A stretch of 64,000 nucleotides of DNA, taken from Ptychomitrium polyphyllum (taxonomy: Eukaryota). Below, piece after piece: positions 1-10,612 of this stretch. The stretch's first letter is position 1; each line of letters starts with the position of its first letter. Below the pieces are notes generated by a model. That model ran no database searches, was not told the origin of the DNA, and saw only the letters and a program-made list of their open reading frames with translations. The stretch covers positions 11,284,001 to 11,348,000 of the forward strand of contig OZ316775.1 in assembly GCA_973851085.1 (NCBI GenBank), read 5' to 3'. The position numbers and the translations under genes are program-made.

Positions 1-121
1 ATAATTAACGAATCCATGAAAGAAAAGCTGTCATGCAGATTACTTAGACTTGACATCATTTACAGCAGACTCGACAATACAGCCCTTAAGTGATCTCTGA
101 TGTAAGGTATAGGATACTTAC

Positions 122-1994
122 AGGGAGTACGGATGCAAATTCTGAGCCTATTACAGCTTTCCGCTGCATTGTCTCACGATGCAACGAGGTAAAGCGCAAC
201 ATATCCAGTTCCTCCTTTTTCCAAAAGACCTGCATACGTGATTACAGCATCGCACAAGCCTTGAGAAATCAGAAGAAACTCGGTTCAGAAAGAATACGAA
301 ATCTCTTTCCTGATGATTAGCTACATTCAGAAAGCTTCTGGCTACTGAACCTTTAGGGCAAAAAAGTGGCGAAAGGACGAACCGTGCTGTGAAGGTCACC
401 GTAAGGAGGTAAACAACGTATGTAAGGTGCCCATTTTGAAGCCTGCATTCCAAAGAAGTACTAGCTTAATCACCGAATTCACACCGTTTACCGAATTGGA
501 GAAGTCGATCAGATTTTCAGTTAGAGATTCGTTAAAACCTCTCCAACCAATATGGCTTTGACGTTAAGTCAATCAAAATCTCCAATTGAAAACGAGCTTG
601 GATATGATAAGGCAATATCCAGGCTCTTTTTACCTGCAAAGCAATACCCTGCTTCTTAGCGTCTGTAAATTTCTACAACACAAAAGTGCTGTAAGGAAAT
701 GTACCTGGCCACGATGCTGCTCGGCAAGAATAAAAAGAGCAAGACGTGCCCACTCAGTCACCTCTGCGGGTAGGAGTTCTGTAACCTCGGACGGCAACTT
801 ATCTGGGGTTATCATCTGGATTTATATCAAAACCGAATTTCAAGTAAGGGCAAAATGAAGAGAATCTATGACAAAGGAGCTCCCAGGACATTTTAACAAT
901 ACCAGTTGGAAGTTCACAACAAATGTCCAAGACTGTCGAGCAAAAATGAAACCAATTGGCTGCAAAGGGTGAAAAGCAAAATGGAGCATACGAGATCACG
1001 CGAGACACGCAATACTCGTTCCCCTACTTGAATTGGCCGCGCTGCAAAGAGTGTCCTGTACTCCCGGTTCACAAAAGTTCGTCAGTGCTAATCAAACCTT
1101 AAAATAAGAGCATGGCCGCACATAGGACATGTACGACACTCACAGTAGAGAATACCAATTGCAGTCAAAAAAGGCACACAGCGGCAACCCTCATCTGAAA
1201 CTCCGCATCTAAACACAGCCTCAAGCAAGCCAGAGGAACTTAACCAAGAGCACCTATAGAATCAAGTCTGGATGTCGTAATTCTAAGAGACAACCTGCCA
1301 TGATCGGACTTGCCCACCGTAAGAGCATGGCACGAGTCCTCTTCGCCCCGCGAGTACAACCAGCTCACGAATTCCGAGTGCTCCTTCACTGGTGCTCCAT
1401 GCACCTGCAATAATGTGGGAAACTTCCGCGCTCAATGAGAGCATCAAGCGCCACAGAAAGAATACAGATCCGATTCCAATTGGAAGAAGTTCCAAGTATG
1501 TCCAAGGTGCAAAGCAACCCCAAAAGCGAAATCTCCGCACACAAACCGCTTCATTTCTCTATGAAAACTCCATAAGCTATCACTCAGACAAACACGCAGA
1601 CAACACGATTGTGGCAGTAACGATCACAATGTCCAGCTCCTTTTCATTCGCTTCCAAAAAGAAGTTACCAGACTTGCCCATTCACAACCTCAAGAAAACA
1701 ACTCGCCAGCCTCGATGCGTTCCAATCATTTCACCATCAGGTAGCCTAAGTACGCCATAGAACGCACAGCGCCCCCTGTCCGGCCCGCAGTCACGTTCAA
1801 GCACCACGAAGAAGCGCAATTCTCCCAATCACACACACGAACGGCAACATCGGAGCCAGATCCCAAGAGCGAAACACAAGATTGAACACACACACACCCA
1901 CCTGGGCAATGGGATGCGCAATAGACGTCCGAATACTCGAACACACAGCACTCGGCTGCGGAATGCACCGCACGCGGCTCCACGTCCCCCACAT
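122..1994 (-). CDS. SET-domain protein-lysine methyltransferase, Rubisco LSMT/SETD3-like (5' part; continues beyond window start)
   Basis: GT-AG exons that join in frame: 1902-1994 (MWGTWSRVRC...IAQ; tentative first exon), 1295-1404 (VHGAPVKEHSEFVSWLYSRGEEDSCHALTVGKSDHGR), 992-1055 (TLFAARPIQVGERVLRVSRDL), 705-815 (MITPDKLPSEVTELLPAEVTEWARLALFILAEQHRGQ), 383-442 (ASKWAPYIRCLPPYGDLHST), 122-229 (VFWKKEELDMLRFTSLHRETMQRK...). The motifs GRxLFA, LxLxxE, SxWxPYIxxLP and FWxxEELxML are typical of the LSMT/SETD3 family. Confidence 0.85.
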
Positions 1995-4900
1995 CCCTCC
2001 TTCTACTCGCACGCGCCCCTTGTGCTTCTGCTTCTCCCGCAGCTTGTGCTCCTGCTTCCTCACTCTCTTCCCCTTCCCTTCCTCCTCATCCTGCCTCTGC
2101 ATCCCCGTCCTCTACCACTCCCCACTCATACCCACACCACACAACCCCCTCCTTTACTCGCCGACCCACAAGTTCTCCGACACCTCAACAAACTCATCAA
2201 CATCCCAACTCACAACTCACAGCGCCACAACGAAACCACCAACCTAAGTCACCAAACGAGAGGAGCGCATGCGGATGCCAACTTCGCCACAACGCAGCGC
2301 CCACCATCATCGGCATATGGGGTGCGCATTAAGGTTAACGCCATCTAAATCCGAAATCAGTCACGAAAGCTTCCTCGTTTAGCCGCTTTCGCCGTCCGTG
2401 ACGATCGAGGCTGCCTTCTACGTTGCCGAGGAGACATCTTTCCTGTGAACGACATCAGCTTGTCGTTGTCGGACTTCAAAGCGGCCTGTACCAGTGTCCG
2501 CGCGCAACGTGAGTGGGCTGTTGCTGTTGCTGCTGCTGTTGCGCCCCTGTTTCTTAAGGGCGTTTGTTCACTGGTCTCTGTACTTCACCGCCCTTCATTT
2601 ACTCTTCCCCCAAATAATTCGCCGTATCTCTCCTCTGTCTGGCGGTGTCATATCCGTGTTGTAGTTGTACTGCTCTCCATTTTCATCTCAGAGAGGTGTA
2701 GCTGGTGTTGGAAACGCCACGATCGTTGAATCTCGAGTTTCTAGAGTCTTTTCTCGCACGGATACGACGTTGTGCTTGGAGCACGGAGGACGCCAGCGGA
2801 GTTTAATGGCTGCTCTGGTGCAAAGGCGGTCTGAGAGTACTCTCCATTATCCAGGCTTTTCGTACCTCACAGGATTGGCATCGGGCACATTATCTTATTG
2901 ATCTTGTTTGGGTGAAATCCATTCAATGTTGCAATATTAGGCACCAAAAGTTCTGCTCGAATCTGGCACGAATTTCAAGATTCGTTTCTCTGAACGGAGT
3001 GGAAGCTAGTCCGGACAGATACTGCATTTGCACGGCGCTTGGTCCACGCTTCTCTGCACACATAGGCACGTGCTTCACGTTGAACCATATCCTGACAAGG
3101 AAACTTGAAGCTTGTCCTCCTTGACAAAGAACCTGGATGGTAACAGTAAGAGTATAGACTACCGCCGACCCTCCGAAGCGCATCAACAAAAGCGAAAGAG
3201 TTACATTGCAAAACCGTACCCGTTGTTAACACAGCCTGTGCCCTACCACTTCTCATCTGCCATGCCATGCTCCGATCAAGGATCTTATGTGCGCCAACTG
3301 CTCGCTGAAGAAACCATCCACGACAACTGTGGTGCTAGCAACGGCTCGCACCACTACACCTCCATCCACGATGCTGCCTGGCCCGGTCTCTAAGACATGG
3401 TCTTTCAACTAGGCTGCACTTCTCCTCATGAACAACGTTCCGGTGAGTGCTTGGACGTGCCTGCCTTTGATCCTCGGTGCGGAACACTGCTGGCATCGGC
3501 CATAAACATAACCATGCTGGCTATCACGTGAAACCTGTCCAAGCGCTCCACGCCTCGTTCTAGAGTCTAGACACAGGCCGTTGTCGATTCAACCGCTTGT
3601 CATCCGATCCATGAGGACTAAGCGAGCATCAGCCACCACGTAACACTCCCTGCACCTGAGCGCCATCATCGAAGTGTGCAGAAATGAATCACGCATCTTT
3701 GGAAAGAGGTTCTGCATTCTGTTGTCTGCTGTGAACAGCTTGCTCTAACAGTTTGCTAGTGCTGGTGCTTAGTCGACTAAAAGAGTGGCAAACCCGCTGT
3801 TTACTGAACCTGCGAACGGTCAAGATTGGACATCCCTGCTGTCATTGTGGATACAACAGTCCTGTTTTGCAAACCTCCAACTAAATGAATGCGACATATG
3901 TTGTGTTGTGCTGTGGTGTGTTGTGTGAATTCTCTAAGTCTTGTACTGTACCATTTCCAATTGTTTGTGCAAGAGGATAATTGAAGCACTTCTTTGTGGA
4001 TGTGACACTCCCACAGGTCGTGACAAGTGTTGCAAATTAAAGTAGCAGCTCCGGTGCCAGGCCAAGTATTGTGATACCTTGATTCACAGCTCGACAGTGC
4101 AAATTCATAGGCAGCACAAGACCTCCGTCAGCCACGGATCTCGAGAGTTTGTGTCTTCCGAAGCACTATCGCATTCAAGTGCAGTCGGAGGCGGACAAAC
4201 GGGGCCCACTGCAGCGATCGTTGAAGTCCACACACGGGCATCTCATGCTGCCCACTGCTAAGTAAGCTTGCCTCTACAGCATGTTGGAATATCGGGCAGT
4301 TTGATGCGTCCCTCACGATACAGACAATTGTGGGTGTGAAGCCGCGACCCTTGTCTCGTTTCTTTGTGAGCGGAGACGCAAGCACGCTGCCTTTGAGCCT
4401 GCTCGGCTCTTTCCTCTCTCACTTCGTCGGGTGTTGCAGTTCTGCGCGGGGCACATCTGTCAGTTTCACATTAGAAAGAAGGGTAAGCGTGCACATGCTC
4501 TCAACATCCACTTCTGCACTTCTCCGTTGTCGATTGAGCAACCACTGTCAAGCCGGTCACAGGATCGATTGCAGGGCTTTTGTGGGCTAGTTTGGGGCAT
4601 GTGCGATTTGTCTGTCGTGTGCCGCCGTCGGTCGCTCCGTGAGCGGGTAATCTAGTCTTGTTGCGAGCTATCACCGGCAAGTCGCTTCCGCAGCAGTTTG
4701 TCGCGAGGGATTGAGTCGGCACAGCTTCAAGTGGTGGCTCCAAGTTTGCGAAGCGTGCAGTCTGTTCCACATGATGTTTAGGGCGGAAGCATCCCTTGCT
4801 TGTTTATCTCAAGTTCTCGGAGTGGATAAGGAGAAGATTTTGCCGACAACGGAGGCTTAGGGTGCTGATCACTCTAGATGGGTGATGTTCATACCGACAA

Positions 4901-6376
4901 TGGTGTCTAACAAACCCTGTTGAAGGATTTATCGTCCGAGCGCCCTTGTTTGCATATTTGGGAGGGACGGGGACCGCAGAGAGTGTGTGTTGTGACGGAA
5001 GCCTCGATTGCACAGGTTCAGAAGGGTTTGGAGATGACAAACGTGAGCTTAGAAGCTACTACAGTGCATCCGAGGTTTTCAGCGTTGCCCTGCAACGGTG
5101 TAATCTGCTCCAGGGGCCCTTATTGTTCAGCTGCTTGGTCGAGGATTAGACGTAGCATTTCCATGTTGGAAGAGGGCCGTTTTAGCTGGGCTTATTCATG
5201 CCCCGCTCCGCGTCATCGCTGTGGTGTCATGATGCACTTAACTGGTCCTTAGTACTTCTTCAGGAAAACGTTGTGGCAGTATGTGAGGCTTGATTTTGAC
5301 GAGGTTGAGCTTGTCTTGCGCGACCGCCACAGTGCTTGTGATGATGGAGGTCATGAGTCTGGTGCACGTCGTGAATCCACTTCTACGTGACGTGTCTCGA
5401 GTGTTGAGACCTGCTAGGTTTGATTCCTTGTCCTGGATGCGAGGGACGTGGTCTAGGAGAAAGCAGAGCCTGTAAGGTATGTGGCTGTATGCCTTCACTT
5501 CTCCTATGATTTCACGTTGTTGCCATGTAACCCTTGTTTGTAGAGGGTTTATTTAGTCTGAGCTGCCACTTCAGCGATTGATGCTAGGATAGCTCTTTCT
5601 CAAGTACGTTTGAGAACCTCCGTGGTAATGCTCTGTTGAAGCGTGATCGTGTGGTTCTGGCAACTTCGTTCCATGTGCTATACAGTTTGCAAAACTGTTG
5701 GCTCCCGTGAGGATAGCCAGACTTTGATCATGCGTGGGAGATGTGTTTCCAAAGTTGACAGCCTAGTTCTTTGAGCTGTATTTTGCTGAAACTTCGTTCG
5801 GCATGTGTTTGCAGACCTCCGGTGGAGCCTAGCCAGTTAGGCATGCCCATGAGATTTAATACAACCACGTTGAGCGCATTGGGTAGAGCACGGTTACGAG
5901 GAGCACTGATGCAAACTCGAACGTGTGGCAACTGTGAGACAATTTGAGAATGTGAGGAGAATTCGAAGGTAGCGAGGTGGGAGCTGAAGAGGGAGGAGAA
6001 AGGTACAGGAGCAAAGCACCTAGAAAGGTAACAACTTCGGGTCGAGCAGCAGCAGATCAACTACGACATGAAGCAAGGCCAGGACATGGAGCAAAAGTGT
6101 AGCAGCCTGGGATGGAGGGGGGAAAACATCATCCAAGCCATAAGAAGGGGCTGCAGGAGGAGGATGGAGCCGTACTAGTAGGAAGGGAAAGGGGAAGGAG
6201 GCTCAAGCTTGAGAAGAGTACTGAAACGCATTGTCGTTGAGGACAGGTGGTGGTTGTCACCCATGGGTGCGCGGAGCTTCACTACACTTTAGCTGGGCAT
6301 TGAAAGCATTGAGACCATTGAGAACATCTAGTATTGTAGGGTGCCGGAAATTGAGTCTCCATTTGATGCCCAAAGC

Positions 6377-9300
6377 ATGGGTGGTTTTATTAGCCGGATG
6401 GTTGATACCATCCTTCCAGGGCTGTTTTTGACTTTTCTTTCGAGAAAAACACAGAAACATGAGCAATCAAGCTTTGGGACGTTGGCAGAGTTCGATGTGT
6501 TCTTGAACCACAGGGGGCCAGATTTGAAGAAGACGTTTGTTTCACATTTGAATGAAGCGCTACTACGCTCAGGCCGTAAACCTTTTTTGGATGCCAAGGC
6601 ACTTGTGAAGGGACGAAAGGCATGTGACTCCATGGATCAGGCTCTAAGCGGGGTGCTTGTGCACGTTGCGGTCTTCTCGAAAGGGTATGCAAAATCCAAG
6701 TACTGCCTGAATGAGTTGTGTGATATGGTGGCTAGTGAGAAGCCTCTTATCCCGGTCTTTTATGACGTTGAGCCGTTGAACTTGCGTAACACAAACGATG
6801 GACCATATGCTCATGCATTTCGGGACCATCTGAAGAAAGGGAGAGCGCAGGATATGGTGAAATGGAAAGCAGCCCTTTCAGAAGCTGCAGCCATAACTGG
6901 ATTCAAGCTTAGGGATTATGACGGGTACGATGTTCTGAACCACCATAAGTGTTCCATAACTTCGGACTATGTCGCATCCTTCTCATATGGTATTGGGGTT
7001 AATCCTACTAGTTGGTTTGAATGATTCTTTGTACTCGGATTGAAGCCCTTGTAGGTTCATGGTTTTGACTCGAACTGAAGCACGTAACAGGGATACAGCT
7101 ATATTGGTGACGGAGATTGTACATGCAGTGTTGAACGCCTTGCCCACACCTCCACCATTGGCACCTGCTCGCCATCCAGTGGGTTTGGATGAATCTTCTA
7201 GGAATGTGATTGATATGTTACATAAGATGGGAGATGATGTAGGGGTGGTTGGTATCTGCGGCATGGGCGGAATTGGGAAGACAACGCTGGCACGCGAAGT
7301 ATTCAACCAGGAGCATGCAAAGTTTGGGTCTTGGTGTTTTTTGAGTAATGCGAAAGAAGCTAATGGTGTTGCTATTATGGATATGCAAGTGAAAATGGTG
7401 GGCGACTTGCTTCGTGTGGATGCTAAGAAGCTGCAGTGGAATTCTGCTCACTGGTTTGATCATATTCGGAACCATAGGCGTGAAGTGTTCGTTGTGATCG
7501 ACGATATCAGCAGTAGGCAACAGTTTGATCAGCTGATACCTGATCTGAAATGTCTCCCTCGAGGAAGCCGAGTTCTTGTGACTTCTCGAGAAATCGACGT
7601 CTTAAAAAGCATCATTCGGGATGTTCCAAAAGGTGAACTGTATGACGTAGCTGAGCTTGGTTTTCGTGAGTCGTTGGATCTCTTTGTTTGGTGTGCATTT
7701 CAGACGAAAAGCATAGGCTGTGTGGATGCTTCTTTCCATGATTTTGTTGAAAAAATTGTGAAAGCCTGTGGCGGACTGCCACTTGCATTGGAAGTCATGG
7801 GAGGGTCCTTGTCCGATAAGAGGAATTTGCCAGACGATGAGATGTATTGGCGAGAAGCAACTGCGCATCTACAAAAGCATCAAGATGTTACTTCTCGTCT
7901 TCAAATCAGCTATGACGGCCTGGTAGAAGAGGATAAGCTCATGTTTTTGGATATTGCTTGCTTCATGCTTGGGCATCCTAAGAGGGTAGCCATTGAAGTT
8001 TGGGACTCGAGTGGCCGCTATGAATCATCAAGTTGGTCGTTGAGCAGACTGATTGATAAGTGTTTGGTCAAAGTGGAGGGTGGTTGGCAATTGAGCATGC
8101 ATGATCTATTGCGGGATATGGGACGCAACGTTGTAAAAGAAAGGGCGTCGTACAAACCTGAATTGCAGAGACATGTATGGGATCCTTCGGTTGCTGCCAA
8201 GGTTCTTCAAAAGAAGCAGGTGATGTCTCTCAAGATGACGTTGTTGCAGTTGATGCATACATTTGGAGGGGAGAGTTGGTATCATGTCGATCTGATGTGT
8301 ATAGATTGTACGTTCGCGTGATTAGGCAGCTGAAATTGCGGTCAGTGGGTTGTTTGTGGCAAGATCTGTAACCTCCAGTTCCCAGGCACATGTTGGGCAC
8401 TGTTTAAGTTGAATTTTTGTTTCTTCCGGATCAATAGGGTTCATTCGTGAACCATGAGGTCCATGAAAGCTTGGCTTTGTCCAGGCTATATCGTGCAGAT
8501 ATGGTCTCTTGAATGCTCGATAATGCTTTGTTGAGAATCATGAGTGGCATTTTATTTGTTCCTTGATCAACAAAGTTTCGAAGAGCAGAATATTCCAAAG
8601 CTGAAGCACGTATTGTGTTTACAGGGCTCGGATGAAATTGAGGCACTCTCCGTGATTGGTGAAAGGTCTGATACGGTTTGCAAAGCCGAAGTATATGCGA
8701 GAATGAGGGGGTTAAGATACCTGCTACTAGATAGTTGCCGAGTGAATGGTGACTTTTCGAATTGGTCAGAAGAACTGAGATGGTTGCAATGGAGAGACTT
8801 TCCTTACACAGAACTACCTGCAACTGTGACCTTACCAAACTTGGCAGTCCTCGACCTTGCCGACAGCAAAAGCATTACTCGTATCTGGGCTCGAGACCTC
8901 GAGCTGGAGGTAAGATTTCCGTTACTGCTCAGCACCTCAAGGAAGAGCTGAAAGAGTGACCTCATTAAATAGTACAGTTGTGAAATTGCAATGTTGCGAT
9001 AATGCATGAATAGTGAACACACAGTTGAGATAGCCTTAGGTTGTGAACAGTCTTGGTTGTTGCTGCATTGTGCGACCGGAGGCAGAAGTGTATGGATATG
9101 CAAGATGTTGATAAACGTGCAGAAGAGCACTTAGAAGCCCACTGCTCGTACAGTCACATCGCAACCTGAAGTGTAATCGTGGTGTTTAAGTTTCACTCGC
9201 TCTTTACCTGTGGGGGTACTGCAGATTCATTTCCCAAAGTTGCGAATGCTGGTACTCAGCCATTGCACTGAACTAAGGGAGTTGCCTGAGCAAATCAACA

Positions 9301-10352
9301 AGCTCGTGAAATTGAAATACATGGATCTGGAAGGCTGTGGTTCCCTGGAAGTATTGCCGGAATCTGTTGGTGATTTGACCGAACTGGATTATCTAAATCT
9401 ATGCAGATGCAAGCGATTAAAGTATCTACCAGACAGCATCGTGAGACTTAAAAACCTAAGGGAATTGTGTCTGCGCTCTTCTGGACTGCGAAAGCTTCCA
9501 ATCGAGCTGGGAAGACTGGAGCGCTTGGCAGTGCTTAATGCCGCGGAAACTGCTATAGACGAACTTCCGAAGAATATCAGCCAAATGCAAGCCCTGCAAA
9601 AGATTTCATTTCGCAATTGCAAGCTGCTGCGAAATCTTAACGAAGATTTCGGATGTCTGCGAAGACTTCGTCGCCTTAATTTGGAAGGATGTGAGAGGCT
9701 GACGGAGTTACCAAATTCGATTTCAAACTTGTCCAACTTAGAGTACTTGCGCATCGGTGACTGTAAGCTGCTGACAGGGTTACCTCCTTCCGTCTGTGGG
9801 CTCAAGAAACTGAGAAAGTTCACAATGAGGTTATTGGGAGTGAGAGAATTGCCGGAGGATTTCGGCGAGCTCCAGAGTTTAAGAGAGGTTGAAATTGTAG
9901 ATTGCGAGCAGTTGCAGAGCCTTCCCCAGCAGTTTGGCTGTCTAAGCAGTCTACAAACGCTGAAGGTTCGTGGTTGCGAGAGGTTGTCCAAGTTAGAGTA
10001 CTTGCGCATCGATGACTATAAGCTGCTGACAGGGTTACCTCCTTCCGTCTGTGGGCTCAAGAAGGTGAGAGTGTTCACAATGAGGGCGTTGGGAGTGAGA
10101 GAACTGCCGGAGGATTTCGGCGAGCTCCAGAGTCTGAGAGACGTCAATATCTTATATTGCGAGCAGTTGCAGAGCCTTCCCCAGCAGTTTGGCTGTCTAA
10201 GCAGTCTACAATCGCTGGAGGTTCGTGGTTGCGAGAGGTTGACCATGTTTCCAGAGTTGTTGTCGAGGTTGTGCAGCTTAGAGAGTTTGTACATCGGTGA
10301 CTGTAAGCTGCTGACATGGTCACCTCCTTCCGTCTATGGGGGCGAGATTTGA
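6377..10352 (+). CDS. TIR-NB-ARC-LRR (TNL) immune receptor, about 1029 aa, LRR truncated at the C-terminus
   Basis: Exons 6377-6924 (TIR: FDVFLNHRGPDLKKTFVSHL...SKYCLNEL...PVFYDVEP), 7091-8219 (NB-ARC: P-loop GMGGIGKTT, kinase-2 VVIDDI, RNBS-B GSRVLVTSRE, GGLPLAL, FLDIACF, MHDLLRDMGR), 8625-8909 (GSDEIEA...ELRWLQW...LAVLDL) and 9225-10352 (LxxLxLxxCxxLxxLP repeats). All introns are GT-AG with consistent phases, including the classical phase-2 TIR/NB intron. The start ATG at 6377 is inferred; an acceptor at about 6338-6339 precedes it. Confidence 0.93.
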
Positions 10353-10612
10353 GAAAGTTCAAAATGAGAAAGTTCAAAATGTTAATGTCCAGAGTGAGGA
10401 ATTTGAGAATCGGAGAGTTTTGAATGAGGGCATTGTGAGTGAAAGAATTGCTGGAGGAGTTTGGCTGGTTCTAGAATTTGAGAGGTTTTTTTTGAAGATT
10501 GTAAGCAGGTGGAGAGCCTTCTGTAGCATTTTGGCTCTTTAAGCAGTCTAGGATTGCTCATCGTTGTTTGTTGCAAGGAATTAACCATGTTTTAGAGGAT
10601 TGTTTTTTAAGA
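10353..10612 (+). pseudogene. Degenerate continuation of the TNL LRR array between the premature stop and the TE
   Basis: Aligns by eye with the LRR unit at 10090-10270 (gaattgctggaggagtttggc ~ gaactgccggaggatttcggc; agccttctgtagcattttggctctttaagcagtcta ~ agccttccccagcagtttggctgtctaagcagtcta). It contains stops and a 15-bp tandem duplication tgagaaagttcaaaa at 10350-10379. Confidence 0.85.

Noticed and set aside
9389..10294. 206-aa and 92-aa minus-strand ORFs with internal repeats
   Set aside because: Antisense shadows of the repetitive LRR exon.
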